Program-made: the position numbers and the translations under genes
Shown: positions 18,186-28,459 of the stretch, one piece after another
How positions within the stretch are numbered: position 1 is the first letter of the stretch
How the letters are laid out: each line of letters opens with the position of its first letter
Assembly (NCBI GenBank): GCA_963667785.2
Contig: CAXXMU010000001.1
Location: 1,088,001-1,152,000, forward strand
DNA from: Alphaproteobacteria bacterium
Lineage (GTDB): Bacteria; Pseudomonadota; Alphaproteobacteria; UBA828
DNA length: 64,000 bases
Direction of reading: 5' to 3'
Notes under the pieces: generated by a model
What the model was told of the DNA's origin: nothing
The model's database searches: none
Seen by the model: the letters and a program-made list of their open reading frames with translations, nothing else

Positions 18186-19785
18186 GGTTCACCCTGAATC
18201 CCGCCGCCTCCCGATCCCAGGTGGCGGCGGTGACGCCGTCCGCGCGCAGCGCCACCTTCCGCACCTTCTGCGTCGGCGTGCGCGGCAGGTCGGCCCTGAA
18301 CTCGATGAAGCGCGGGACCATGAAGTAGGGCATCTCGGCGGCGCAGTGGCGGAGCAGCGCCTCCTCGGTGAGCGCGGCGTCCGGGTTGCGCACCACCACG
18401 ATCTTCACCTCGTCCTCGCCGATGTCGGCGGCGACCGCGATGGCGGCGCTCTCGGCGACGTCCGGGTGCTTGTTGACGATGCGCTCGACCTCGAACGACG
18501 AGATGTTCTCGCCGCGGCGCCGGATCGCGTCCTTCATCCGGTCGTGGAAGAAGAGGAAGCCGTTCTCGTCCATGTGGCCGCGGTCGCCGCTGTGGAACCA
18601 GAGGTTGCGGAACGCAGCCAGCGTCGCTTCCGGCAGGCCGTCATAGCCTTCCATCAGGATGTGGGGATGCCTGGCGCGCACCACGATCTCGCCCGATGTG
18701 CCGGGGGGCACCGGGCGGTCCATCTCGTCGACGATCATCACCTCGTAGTAGGGGGCGGCGCGGCCGGCGGTCCCCTTCGGCGTCGGCTCGTCCGGCCGGG
18801 TGTAGACGACGATGTTGGCCTCGGTGGAGCCGTAGCCTTCGGTCAGCTCGAGGTCGAAGCGCTCGAGGAATTCCTCCTGCACCTCGTGCGGGTTGGGCAC
18901 CGAGTAGATCATGCGCAGCGGGTTGTCCGCGTCGTCGGGTTGGCGCGGCTCGGCATAGAGCATGTGGCAGATGCCGCCGACGCCGACCGTCACGGTGACG
19001 CCGTGGGCGCGCACGTCCGGCCAGAAGCGCGCCACGCTGAAGCGCGGGCGCAGCAGCATGCGGCAGTCGGCCAGCATGGTGCCGAGCAGTATGAACTTGC
19101 CGGCGATATGGAAGAAGGGGAGGAAGTTGTAGGTCACGTCGTCCGCGCCGAGCGAGACGATCTCGTTGAAGACGACGGCGAACGAAAGCTCGAAATGGTT
19201 GTTGATGACGACGCCCTTGGAGGGCCCCGTGGTGCCCGAGGTGAACATGATGCAGGCGGTGGTGGTGGCCTCCACGGCGCGCGGCGCGTCCGCTCCGTCG
19301 CCGGTGGCCACCTCGTCCAGCGAGAGCACGACGCCCGGCAGCGCGCGACGCGTATCCTCAATGTCGCCGCCGGCGACGATGAAGGTGCCGAGGCTGGGGC
19401 AGCGGTCGGCGATCCGCGCGACCACGGGCACGAACTCGGCGTCCAGCACCATGGCGCTCGCCTGCGCGCTGCCGACGATGTGGGTGAGGATGTCGCCCCG
19501 GTAGGCGGTGTTGATCGGCACCTCGACGACGCCAAGCTTGGCGGTGGCGAACCAAGCGAAGACGTGCTCGGGCGTGTTCTGCATCATCACCGCGCAGCGG
19601 GCGCCGGGCTCGATGCCGTGCGCCGCGAGGCCCGCGGCGATCCGGTTGGCCTCCCGATTGATGGCGGCGTAGCTGTAATCCCGCCCGTCGAAATGCATCA
19701 CGGGATGGTCGGGGCGTTCTGTGGCGCGCTGCTCGAGGACGCGGTGGACCAGCCACGCCTCCTGATCCCGGCCGATCGTCAGCAT
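18160..19785 (-). CDS. ATP-dependent acyl-CoA ligase (CaiC/crotonobetaine-CoA ligase-like)
   Basis: FTSGTTGPSKG, EGYGSTE, WFHSGD, DRMKDAIRRRGENISS.EVE, LPRTPTQKVRK. Start at ATG 19785; the longer ORF-track extension is antisense to the next gene. Confidence 0.88.
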   Translation of the reverse strand: MLTIGRDQEAWLVHRVLEQRATERPDHPVMHFDGRDYSYAAINREANRIAAGLAAHGIEPGARCAVMMQNTPEHVFAWFATAKLGVVEVPINTAYRGDILTHIVGSAQASAMVLDAEFVPVVARIADRCPSLGTFIVAGGDIEDTRRALPGVVLSLDEVATGDGADAPRAVEATTTACIMFTSGTTGPSKGVVINNHFELSFAVVFNEIVSLGADDVTYNFLPFFHIAGKFILLGTMLADCRMLLRPRFSVARFWPDVRAHGVTVTVGVGGICHMLYAEPRQPDDADNPLRMIYSVPNPHEVQEEFLERFDLELTEGYGSTEANIVVYTRPDEPTPKGTAGRAAPYYEVMIVDEMDRPVPPGTSGEIVVRARHPHILMEGYDGLPEATLAAFRNLWFHSGDRGHMDENGFLFFHDRMKDAIRRRGENISSFEVERIVNKHPDVAESAAIAVAADIGEDEVKIVVVRNPDAALTEEALLRHCAAEMPYFMVPRFIEFRADLPRTPTQKVRKVALRADGVTAATWDREAAGFRVNRDGLARRG

Positions 19786-19811
19786 CGCGCACCGCCCGCC
19801 GCCATGGCGCC

Positions 19812-19900
19812 AGCATGGAGGCCGCGGGCCCGTTGTCAACGCCGCCGGAACGGCGCGCGCGGTTTCCCGCCTTGACGGCGCGATGGCTGGTTTCCATAGT
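19812..19900. promoter_or_regulatory. Back-to-back sigma70-like promoters between the two divergent CoA ligases
   Basis: Plus strand: TTGACG(19872-77)-N17-CATAGT(19895-900). Minus strand: TTGACA(19839-34)-N16-CATGCT(19817-12). Confidence 0.45.
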
Positions 19901-19971
19901 GCTGCCGAGTGCGGCCCCGGTGCCCGGGCGGGGGGCAAGGCCGCGTATCCCGGGCAAGAGGAGCGGAGCGC

Positions 19972-21696
19972 ATGGCTGAAGGCGACGCGCAAGGTAGCGC
20001 CCATCCCTGGGAGAAATCCTATCCGTCGAACGTCGACTGGCACGCGCCGCTGCCGATGGGCGCGCTCCACCGTCTGTTCGACGATGCCGTCGCCCGCTTC
20101 GGCGACCGGCCGGCGATCGACTTCATGGACCGGATCACCAGCTATCGGGAGCTCGGCGAGCAGGCGAACTGCGCTGCCGAAGGGTTCCAGAAGCTCGGTG
20201 TCGGCAAGGGCACCAAGGTCGGAATCCTGCTCCCCAACTGCCCGGCCTTCGTCGCGGTCTACTACGGCGTGCTCAAGGCCGGCGGGACGGTGGTCAACGT
20301 CAATCCGCTCTACGCCATCGAGGAGATCAAGTTCCAGATCGAGGATGCGGAGGCCGACATCCTGGTCACGCTCGATCTCTCCATCCTCTACGACAAGGCG
20401 CGCGTGGCCCTGGAGCAGACGCGGCTCAAGCATCTGGTGATCGTCTCCATGGCGGAGATGCTGCCCGGCCTCAAGCGGCTGCTCTTCCCCATCGTCAAGC
20501 GCAGCGAGATCGCCAAGATACCGCGCGATTCCAGCCATGTCCGGCTGGCCGCGCTGCTCGACAACGCCGGCAGGCCGGCGCCGGTGGAGATCGACGCGCG
20601 CGAGGACATCGCGGTGCTGCAGTACACCGGCGGCACCACCGGCACCTCCAAGGGCGCGATGCTGACCCACGCCAACCTCAGCGCCAACGTGGTGCAGGGG
20701 GCGATGATGATGCCGGACGCCGAAGAGGGCCGCGAGGTCATGATGGGCGTGCTGCCGCTCTTCCACGTCTTCGCCATGGCCGTGGTGATGAACTTCAGCA
20801 TCAGGATCGGCGCCAAGATGATCCTGCTGCCACGCTTCGAACTGGATACCGTGCTCAAGGTCGTCCACAAGAAGCGCCCGACCTTCTTCCCCGCCGTGCC
20901 GACGATCTACATCGCCATCAACGGCCATCCCGACGTCGCGGCGGGCAAGTACGACCTCTCCTCCATCAAGCTCTGCCTCTCGGGCGGCGCCTCGCTGCCG
21001 CGCGAGGTGCAGGAGAAGTTCCAGGGGATTACCGGGTGCACGCTGGTGGAGGGCTACGGGCTCAGCGAGACTGCCCCGGTCGCGACCTGCAACCCGACCA
21101 CCCCAGGCGGCAGCCGCGAAGGCTCGCTCGGCGTGCCGGTGCCCGGCACCGTGGTCGAGATCACCTCGATCGACGAGCCGGAGACGGTGCTGCCGCAGGG
21201 CGAGATCGGCGAGATCTGCATCTCCGGCCCGCAGGTAATGAAGGGCTACTGGAAGCGCGACGACGAGAACAAGCGCGCCTTCGCCGGCGGGCGCTTCCAC
21301 ACCGGCGACGTCGGCCGCATCGACGAGGACGGCTACGTCTACCTCATCGACCGGCTCAAGGAGGTCATCATCGCCGGCGGCTACAACATCTATCCGCGTC
21401 ACGTGGAAGAGGCGATCTACAAGCACCCGTCGGTGCTGGAGGTGACGGTCATCGGCGTCGACGACGCCCACCGCCAGCAGACCGTCAAGGCATTCGTCCG
21501 GCTCAAGGAGGGCGAGACCCTGACGTCGGACGCGCTGACGGAGTTCCTCGGGGACAAGCTCTCTCCCATCGAGATGCCCAAGCAGATCGAGTTCCGCGAC
21601 GAGCTGCCCAAGACGATCATCGGCAAGCTCTCGAAGAAGGAGCTGATCGCCGAGGAGGCCGCCAAGCAGGGCGCGGCTGCCGCCGGCGCCGGTTGA
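19972..21696 (+). CDS. Long-chain fatty acid/dicarboxylate-CoA ligase (FadD/PimA-like)
   Basis: HPWEKSYP, LQYTGGTTG.SKGAMLTH.N, EGYGLSET, GPQVMKGYW, FHTGD, LPKT.IGKLSKK. Confidence 0.9.
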   Translation: MAEGDAQGSAHPWEKSYPSNVDWHAPLPMGALHRLFDDAVARFGDRPAIDFMDRITSYRELGEQANCAAEGFQKLGVGKGTKVGILLPNCPAFVAVYYGVLKAGGTVVNVNPLYAIEEIKFQIEDAEADILVTLDLSILYDKARVALEQTRLKHLVIVSMAEMLPGLKRLLFPIVKRSEIAKIPRDSSHVRLAALLDNAGRPAPVEIDAREDIAVLQYTGGTTGTSKGAMLTHANLSANVVQGAMMMPDAEEGREVMMGVLPLFHVFAMAVVMNFSIRIGAKMILLPRFELDTVLKVVHKKRPTFFPAVPTIYIAINGHPDVAAGKYDLSSIKLCLSGGASLPREVQEKFQGITGCTLVEGYGLSETAPVATCNPTTPGGSREGSLGVPVPGTVVEITSIDEPETVLPQGEIGEICISGPQVMKGYWKRDDENKRAFAGGRFHTGDVGRIDEDGYVYLIDRLKEVIIAGGYNIYPRHVEEAIYKHPSVLEVTVIGVDDAHRQQTVKAFVRLKEGETLTSDALTEFLGDKLSPIEMPKQIEFRDELPKTIIGKLSKKELIAEEAAKQGAAAAGAG

Positions 21697-21766
21697 GTGA
21701 GATCGGCGCTAGGCCACGACGCGACGACACGCGCACCGCATCAGACAGAGCGAGAGGCCCAGGCCC

Positions 21767-22903
21767 ATGAACAATGCCGTCATCGCCGGCTACGTCCGTT
21801 CGCCCTTTCACTTTGCCCACAAGGGCGCGCTGGTCGAGAAGCGGCCGGACGATCTCGCCGCCGAGGTCGTTCACGGCCTGCTCGCCCAGACCGGCGTCGA
21901 TCCCGCCGAGATCGAGGACCTGATCATCGGCTGCGCCTTCCCCGAAGGCGAGCAGGGCTTCAACCTGGGGCGCATCGTCGCGCTGATCGCCGAGCTGCCC
22001 ATCTCGGTCGCCGGCGCCACCGTCAACCGCTTCTGCGGCTCGTCCATGCAGGCGATCCACATCGCCGCCGGCGCGATCCGCATGGAGGCCGGTGAGGCGT
22101 TCATCTGCGCCGGTGTCGAATCCATGAGCCGCGTGCCCATGGGGGGCTTCAACCCGGCGCCCAACCCGGATCTCTACGAGAAGAACGAGGGCGCCTACAT
22201 GTCCATGGGCGAGACCGCGGAAAACCTCGCCCGCAAGTACCAGATCACCCGGGAGGAGCAGGAGGCGCTGGCCGTCAGCAGCCACGCCCGCGCCGCCCGG
22301 GCCTGGGACGACGGCAAGTTCGCCGGCGAGGTGATCCCCGTCGAGACCGCGGACGGCACGGTCGAGCGCGACGGCTGCATCCGCCCCGGCACCAGTGCCG
22401 AGGTGCTCGCCGGGCTCGAGCCCGCGTTCGATGCGGACGGCACGGTGACTGCCGGCACCTCGTCGCCGCTCACCGACGGCGCGGCCGCGGTGTTGGTCTG
22501 CACCGAGGAGTTCGTCGCGCGCAACGGGCTCTCGGTGCTCGCCCGCATCAAGGCCATCGCGGTCGCCGGCTGCGCGCCGGAGATCATGGGCTACGGCCCC
22601 GTCGTCTCGTCGGAGAAGGCCCTCGCCCGCGCCGGGCTGAAGGTGTCGGACATCGACGTGGTCGAGCTCAACGAGGCCTTTGCGGTGCAGGCGCTCGCCT
22701 GCGTGCGCGAGCTCTCCATCGATCTCGAGCGCATGAACATCGACGGCGGCGCCATCGCTATCGGCCACCCGCTCGGCGCCACCGGTGCGCGCATCACCGG
22801 CAAGGCGGCGCAGATCCTCCGCCGCGAGGACAAGCGCTACGCGCTCGCCACCCAGTGCATCGGCGGCGGGCAGGGCATCTCCACCGTGCTTGAGGCCGCC
22901 TGA
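21767..22903 (+). CDS. Acetyl-CoA C-acyltransferase (thiolase)
   Basis: VNRFCGSS (Cys), SSPLTDGA, ELNEAFA, GHPLGATG, TQCIGGGQG. Confidence 0.93.
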   Translation: MNNAVIAGYVRSPFHFAHKGALVEKRPDDLAAEVVHGLLAQTGVDPAEIEDLIIGCAFPEGEQGFNLGRIVALIAELPISVAGATVNRFCGSSMQAIHIAAGAIRMEAGEAFICAGVESMSRVPMGGFNPAPNPDLYEKNEGAYMSMGETAENLARKYQITREEQEALAVSSHARAARAWDDGKFAGEVIPVETADGTVERDGCIRPGTSAEVLAGLEPAFDADGTVTAGTSSPLTDGAAAVLVCTEEFVARNGLSVLARIKAIAVAGCAPEIMGYGPVVSSEKALARAGLKVSDIDVVELNEAFAVQALACVRELSIDLERMNIDGGAIAIGHPLGATGARITGKAAQILRREDKRYALATQCIGGGQGISTVLEAA

Positions 22904-25230
22904 TGGCGATCGAGAAGGCCGCCGTCATCGGGGCGGGACTGATGGGCGGCGGCATCGCCGCCCACATCGCCAATGCTGGCCATGACGTGGTGCTGCTCGA
23001 CATTGTGCCGGCGGACGGCGGCGACCGGAACGCGCTTGCCGAGGGCGCGGTGGCGCGGATGCTCAAGACCGAGCCCGCGCCCTTCATGGAGAAGACCGAC
23101 GCGAAGCGCATCGCCACCGGCAATATCGAGGACCATCTCGACCTGCTCGGCGATGCGGACTGGATCGTCGAGGCGGTGATTGAGCGGGCGGATGCCAAGC
23201 AGGCCATCTACCGCAAGATCGACGCGGTGCGGAAGGAGGGGTCGATCGTCTCCTCCAACACGTCCACCATCCCGTCAAGCGTGCTGCTCGACGGCATGCC
23301 GGAGGCGTTCGCGCGCGACTTCCTCATCACCCACTTCTTCAACCCGCCGCGCTACATGCGGCTTCTGGAGGTGGTGGCGGGGCCCGAGACCCGGACGGAC
23401 GCCGTGGCGGCCGTCTGCGACTTCGCCGACCGCAAGCTCGGCAAGGGCGTGGTGGCGTGCAACGACACGCCCGGCTTCATCGCGAACCGCATCGGCACCT
23501 ACTGGATGGTGGCGGCGGTGCGCGCGGCGGTGGAGGACGGCGTGACGGTGGAGGAGGCGGACGCCCTGCTCAGCCGGCCCATCGGCGTGCCCAAGACAGG
23601 CATCTTCGGGCTGATCGACCTCGTCGGCCTCGACCTGATGCCGCTGGTCGGCCGCAGCCTGCGCGACGCGCTACCCGAGAGCGACCCCTTCCACGCGATC
23701 TACGACGAGCCCGCGTTCATCGCCTCGATGATCGAGGACGGCTATATCGGGCGCAAGGGCAAGGGCGGCTTCTATCGGCTGAAGCCCGATTCCAAGAAGA
23801 GGGAGAAAGAGGTCCGCAATCTCGCCACGGGCGAGTACGGGCCCGCCCGGCGGCCGAGACTGGAGAGCATCGAGCAGACCGGCCGCTCGCTCCGCGCGCT
23901 CTTCGAATACCCCGACAAGACGGGTGCCTACGCCTGGCGGGTGATGTCCGGCACGCTTGCCTACGCCGCCGGCCTGGTGCCCGAGATTGCGGGCGACGTC
24001 GAGGCAGTCGATCGCGCCATGCGCCTCGGCTACGCCTGGAAGCGCGGCCCCTTCGAGCTGATCGACGAGGTCGGCGCCGGCTGGTTTGCCGAGAAGCTTG
24101 CGGCAGAGGGCAGGGAGGTGCCGCCGCTGCTGCGGGCGGCGGCAGACGGCGACGGCTTCTACCGGCTGGCGGATGGCCGCGCCACCCATCTCGCAGGCGA
24201 CGGCCGCTACGCCCCGCTTGCGCGGCCCGAGGGCGTGCTGCTGCTCTCCGACATCAAGCGCACGACCAGGCCGCTGGCGAAGAACGGCTCCGCCAGCCTC
24301 TGGGACATCGGCGACGGCGTCGCCTGCCTCGAATTCCACAGCAAGATGAACGCGCTCGACACCGACATCATGGCGCTGGTCGCGCAGTCGGTGGAGACGG
24401 TCGGCGGCGGGATGAAGGCGCTGGTGATCCACAACGAGGGCAGCAACTTCTCGGTGGGGATGAACCTCGGCCTCGCTCTCTTCGTCGTCAATGTCGGCGC
24501 CTGGCCGATGATCGAGGACTCGATCAGGCAGGGCCAGGAGGCCTTCAGGGCGCTCAAGTTCGCGCCCTTCCCGGTGGTCGGCGCGCCGTCGGGCATGGCG
24601 CTCGGCGGCGGCTGCGAAGTGCTGCTGCACTGCGATGCGGTGCAGGCCCATGCCGAGAGCTACATGGGCCTGGTCGAGGCCGGCGTCGGGCTCGTGCCCG
24701 GCTGGGGCGGCTGCAAGGAGATGATGCTGCGCGGGCTCGCCCCCGGCCGGACCGGATTCGGCGGCGCGATGCCGGCGATCTCCAAGGTCTTCGAGACCAT
24801 CGGTCTCGCCAAGGTCTCGCGCTCCGCCAAGGAGGCCCGGAAGCTCGGCTTCCTGCGCGAGGGCGACGGCATCACCGCCAACCGCGACCGGCTGCTGGCG
24901 GACGCGAAGGTGAAGGCGCTCGCGCTGGCGGAGGACTACGTCCCGCCGGAGCCGGCCGTTGTAAAGCTGCCCGGCAAGACCGGACGCGTCGCGCTCAAGA
25001 TGGCGGTGCGCGGGCTCGCCAAGACGCGCAAGGCGACGGCCCACGACCTCGTGGTGGTGGAGCATCTCGGCAACGTGCTCACTGGCGGCGAGACCGACGC
25101 GACCCGGGAGGTCCCGGAGGACAGACTCTCGGAGCTGGAGCGCGAGGCGTTGCTCGCGCTCATCCGCACGCCCGCCACCATCGCCCGCATGGAGCACATG
25201 CTGGAGACCGGCAAGCCGCTCAGGAACTAG
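22903..25230 (+). CDS. 3-hydroxyacyl-CoA dehydrogenase/enoyl-CoA hydratase (FadN-type)
   Basis: GAGLMGGGIA, SSNTST, THFFNPPRYM, PGFIANRIG, then crotonase ALGGGCE..YMGLVE.GVG and terminal ML.TGKPLRN. TGATG coupling to the thiolase. Confidence 0.92.
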   Translation: MAIEKAAVIGAGLMGGGIAAHIANAGHDVVLLDIVPADGGDRNALAEGAVARMLKTEPAPFMEKTDAKRIATGNIEDHLDLLGDADWIVEAVIERADAKQAIYRKIDAVRKEGSIVSSNTSTIPSSVLLDGMPEAFARDFLITHFFNPPRYMRLLEVVAGPETRTDAVAAVCDFADRKLGKGVVACNDTPGFIANRIGTYWMVAAVRAAVEDGVTVEEADALLSRPIGVPKTGIFGLIDLVGLDLMPLVGRSLRDALPESDPFHAIYDEPAFIASMIEDGYIGRKGKGGFYRLKPDSKKREKEVRNLATGEYGPARRPRLESIEQTGRSLRALFEYPDKTGAYAWRVMSGTLAYAAGLVPEIAGDVEAVDRAMRLGYAWKRGPFELIDEVGAGWFAEKLAAEGREVPPLLRAAADGDGFYRLADGRATHLAGDGRYAPLARPEGVLLLSDIKRTTRPLAKNGSASLWDIGDGVACLEFHSKMNALDTDIMALVAQSVETVGGGMKALVIHNEGSNFSVGMNLGLALFVVNVGAWPMIEDSIRQGQEAFRALKFAPFPVVGAPSGMALGGGCEVLLHCDAVQAHAESYMGLVEAGVGLVPGWGGCKEMMLRGLAPGRTGFGGAMPAISKVFETIGLAKVSRSAKEARKLGFLREGDGITANRDRLLADAKVKALALAEDYVPPEPAVVKLPGKTGRVALKMAVRGLAKTRKATAHDLVVVEHLGNVLTGGETDATREVPEDRLSELEREALLALIRTPATIARMEHMLETGKPLRN

Positions 25231-25258
25231 CGTCTTGGACTCGGCGCCAACCTCCCAC

Positions 25259-25344
25259 CGTCATGCCCGGACTTGTTCCGGGCATCTCCATCGGCCCATC
25301 GTGACGGAGAGACGTGGATGGCCGGGACAAGCCCGGCCATGACG
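25259..25344. repeat. CGTC-tagged REP-like palindromic element (inverted dimer)
   Basis: CGTC+ATGCCCGGA-CTTGT-TCCGGGCAT ... ATGGCCGGG-ACAAG-CCCGGCCAT+GACG: two 9-bp hairpins in inverted orientation with complementary loops, resembling alphaproteobacterial intergenic repeats. Confidence 0.8.
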
Positions 25345-25429
25345 TAAAGGGGGCGCGCGAACTGATCATGTCCGTGTTCGGGCGGCTTCGTTGGTACGGC
25401 GTGTCGTACGACGGCTGGGGAGCTGTGAC

Positions 25430-26266
25430 ATGAGCGGCGTGGACTGGACCCTCGCAGTCGCGCAGATGGATTGCGCCACCGGCGACACGGAAGGGAACCT
25501 CGCGACCATCGCCCGCTTCGCCGGCGAGGCCGCGATCCAGCATGTCGACCTCGTGGTCTTTCCCGAATGCGCCACCACCGGCTACTTCCTGGGCGACCGG
25601 CTCGCGGATCTCGCCGAGCCGCCCGACGGACCGAGCGCGCGGCGCCTCGGCGAGGTCGCGCGGGAGAACGGGCTCACCATGGCGGTCGGCGCCTACACGC
25701 GGCGCGATGGCGGCGTCTACGATTCGCAGCTCCTGTTCGGTCCCGACGGGCGGTGCCTCGCGGTCTACGACAAGGCGCACCTCTTCGCGAGCGAGCGCGA
25801 GAGCTGCCGCGCCGGCGACAGCGCGTGCGTTGTCGAGACACGGCTCGGCACGGTGGGCATGACGGTCTGCTACGACTTCATCTTCGCCGACTACGTGCGC
25901 CGTCTGGCCGACCTCGGCGCGGAGCTGATCATCAACAGCACCAACTGGATCGCCGACGCCTATCAGCGCGAGACCTGGGGCTGGAGCGGGCCGGTGACTC
26001 AGGGCCTCGCGGCCACGCGAGCGCTGGAGAACGGCACCTTCGTCGCCATGGCCAACCGCGTCGGCGAGGAAGAGCTGGCGCCCGGCCTCTCCTTTACCAG
26101 CCTCGGCCATTCCTGCATCGCAGGCCCGTCGGGCAGGATCCTCGCCTCGCTTGCCGAGGGGGAGGGACTGGCGGTCGCGCGCATCGACATCGCGCAGGAG
26201 GATCTCGACCGCTGGCGCGCCATCGCCACCTATCGCGCCGACCGCCGGCCCGAGCTGACCGGATGA
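25430..26266 (+). CDS. Carbon-nitrogen hydrolase (nitrilase superfamily)
   Basis: AVAQ, VVFPEC (Glu), YDKAHL (Lys), VCYD (Cys), RALEN, ANRVG, GHSCI.GP.G. Confidence 0.88.
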   Translation: MSGVDWTLAVAQMDCATGDTEGNLATIARFAGEAAIQHVDLVVFPECATTGYFLGDRLADLAEPPDGPSARRLGEVARENGLTMAVGAYTRRDGGVYDSQLLFGPDGRCLAVYDKAHLFASERESCRAGDSACVVETRLGTVGMTVCYDFIFADYVRRLADLGAELIINSTNWIADAYQRETWGWSGPVTQGLAATRALENGTFVAMANRVGEEELAPGLSFTSLGHSCIAGPSGRILASLAEGEGLAVARIDIAQEDLDRWRAIATYRADRRPELTG

Positions 26267-27330
26267 GCGGGTCGGACAGCGACAGCGACACATTGCCCGA
26301 GCGCATCGCCGACGAGGCTGCGCTCGAGGACCTGATGACGACGCCGGATGCGGCGCTTCGCGGGACGCTTGCCGGCATCGACGGCGACATCGTCGTGCTC
26401 GGCGTCGGCGGCAAGATGGGGCCGACGCTCGCGGGCCTCGCCAAGCGGGCGGCGCCCGAGAAGCGCGTCGTTGGCGTCGCGCGCTTCACCGACCCCAGCG
26501 TTCCGGAAAAGCTCGCCGGCTGGGGCGTGGACGCCATCCAGTGCGACCTGACGGACCGCGACGCCCTCGCCGCGCTGCCGCGGCCTGCCAACGTGGTGTT
26601 CATGGCGGGCCGCAAGTTCGGCGCGGTCGGCGACGACGACGTGACCTGGGCGATGAACGCCTACGTGCCGGCGCTGGTCGCAGAGACCTTCCGCGACTCC
26701 CGGATCGTCGCCTTCTCCACCGGCTGCGTCTATCCCTTCGTGGATGTCCGCTCCCAGGGCGCGGTGGAGGAGACGCCGCCGACGCCGCCGCCCGGCGAGT
26801 ACGCCAACTCCTGCGTCGGCCGCGAGCGGCTGATCCAGTACTTCTCTCGCCGCCACGGCACGCCCGCATGCCTCGTGCGGCTCAACTACGCGATCGACAT
26901 GCGCTATGGCGTGCTGCACGACGTGGCCCGCAAGGTGAAGGACGGCGTGCCGATCGACCTCACCACGGGCCACGTCAACGTCATCTGGCAGGGGGATGCC
27001 AACGCGATGGCGCTGCGCTGCTTCGCGCACTGCGCCGTGCCAGCCCGGCCCATCAACGTGAGCGGGCCCGAGACCGTGAGCATCCGCTGGCTCGCGCAGG
27101 CCTTCGGCGCGCGACTCGGGCGGGAGCCTGCCTTCGCCGGCGAGGAGGCGGCGTGCGGCTGGCTCACCAACAGCGAACGGGCGTGTGCGCTCTTCGGCTA
27201 TCCCAGAGTGCCGCTCGGGCGGATGATCGACTGGGTGGCGGACTGGGTGGCGCGCGACATGCCGAGCCTCGCCAAGCCCACCCGGTACGAGGTGAGGGAC
27301 GGCGTGTTCGCCCGGCCGGAGGCATCGTGA
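26263..27330 (+). CDS. NAD-dependent epimerase/dehydratase family protein
   Basis: [59 protein letters not shown] overlap with the nitrilase gene. Confidence 0.8.
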   Translation: MSGSDSDSDTLPERIADEAALEDLMTTPDAALRGTLAGIDGDIVVLGVGGKMGPTLAGLAKRAAPEKRVVGVARFTDPSVPEKLAGWGVDAIQCDLTDRDALAALPRPANVVFMAGRKFGAVGDDDVTWAMNAYVPALVAETFRDSRIVAFSTGCVYPFVDVRSQGAVEETPPTPPPGEYANSCVGRERLIQYFSRRHGTPACLVRLNYAIDMRYGVLHDVARKVKDGVPIDLTTGHVNVIWQGDANAMALRCFAHCAVPARPINVSGPETVSIRWLAQAFGARLGREPAFAGEEAACGWLTNSERACALFGYPRVPLGRMIDWVADWVARDMPSLAKPTRYEVRDGVFARPEAS

Positions 27331-28388
27331 GCCTCGCCTGGGGCGACGTGCCGGCGCCGGTGCGGGCGACCCTCGCACGGGGCGTGGTGATCCCGGCGCA
27401 TCCGCTCGCCCTCGACGCGGACCGTCGGCTCGATGCGGAGCGCCAGCGGGCGCTCAGCCGCTACTACATCGACGCCGGCGCTGGCGGGCTCGCGGTCGGC
27501 GTCCACACCACCCAGTTCGCGATCCGCGACGCCGGCCTCTACGAGCCGGTGCTGAGGCTCGCCGCCGAGACCGCCGAGAGCTGGACGGAGCGGCCGCTGG
27601 TGCGGATCGCCGGCCTCGTCGGGCGGACGGAGCAGGCGCTGGCGGAAGCCGACGTAGCGCTCGGCCTCGGCTATCACGCGGGGCTAGTGAGCCTCGCCGC
27701 CTTCGCCGGGGTCAGCGAGGACGAGCGGCTGGAGCACTGCGCGCGCCTCGCCGAGCGGATTCCGCTGGTGGGCTTCTACCTGCAGCCGGCGGTCGGCGGC
27801 GTCGTGCTGGGACCCTCCTTCTGGCGCCGCCTGGCTGCGCTCGACAACGTGGTGGCGATCAAGATCGCGCCCTTCAACCGCTACCGCACCCTCGACGTGG
27901 TGCGCGGCGTGGTCGAGGCCGGCGCCGAGGAGCGCATCGCCCTCTACACCGGCAACGACGACCATATCCTGCTCGATCTGGTCACGCCCTGGCGCCTGTC
28001 GCGCGGCGGCGAGGCGGTCACGGTGCGCATCAGGGGCGGGCTGCTCGGGCACTGGAGCGTCTGGGTCAAGCGGGCCGTCGAGGTGCTGGAGCGCGCCCAC
28101 GCCGCGGTGGAGGCCGGCGCCGTCGATCCGGACCTGCTCGCCCTCGACGCAGGGATCACCGACTGCAACGCCGCCCTCTTCGACGTCGCCAACGATTTTC
28201 GGGGCTGCATCGCCGGCTGCCACGAGGTGCTGCGCCGGCAGGGGCTGCTGCGGGGCATCTGGTGCCTCGACCCGGCGGAGGGGCTGAGCCCCGGCCAGGC
28301 CGAGGAGATCGATCGCGTGTGCGCGGCCTATCCCGATCTCACCGACGACGACTATGTACGCGCCAACCTCGCGCGCTGGCTTTCCTGA
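27327..28388 (+). CDS. Dihydrodipicolinate synthase family (class I aldolase) protein
   Basis: [34 protein letters not shown] (Schiff-base Lys), LYTGNDD. GTGA overlap with the upstream gene. Confidence 0.8.
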   Translation: MSLAWGDVPAPVRATLARGVVIPAHPLALDADRRLDAERQRALSRYYIDAGAGGLAVGVHTTQFAIRDAGLYEPVLRLAAETAESWTERPLVRIAGLVGRTEQALAEADVALGLGYHAGLVSLAAFAGVSEDERLEHCARLAERIPLVGFYLQPAVGGVVLGPSFWRRLAALDNVVAIKIAPFNRYRTLDVVRGVVEAGAEERIALYTGNDDHILLDLVTPWRLSRGGEAVTVRIRGGLLGHWSVWVKRAVEVLERAHAAVEAGAVDPDLLALDAGITDCNAALFDVANDFRGCIAGCHEVLRRQGLLRGIWCLDPAEGLSPGQAEEIDRVCAAYPDLTDDDYVRANLARWLS

Positions 28389-28426
28389 GGCCCCGGCCGC
28401 CCCGCTCCGCGCCACCGACACGCGCG

Positions 28427-28454
28427 TTGACAAGGGCCATGTCCTTGTTAGGTA
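28427..28454 (+). promoter_or_regulatory. Promoter/operator of the orphan AbrB gene
   Basis: Perfect TTGACA (28427-32) and possible -10 TAGGTA (28449-54). Inverted repeat ACAAGG(28430-35)/CCTTGT(28443-48) in the spacer. Confidence 0.5.
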
Positions 28455-28459
28455 GGGAC

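Noticed and set aside
18160-21471. Apparent 1103-aa giant CoA ligase
   Set aside because: The N-terminal half is the antisense of the plus-strand ligase; the real protein starts at 19785.
25471-28388. 619-aa and 615-aa ORFs suggesting fusions or frameshifts
   Set aside because: The extensions are Arg/Pro-rich off-frame readings. The true starts are at the ATGA/GTGA overlaps (26263 and 27327).
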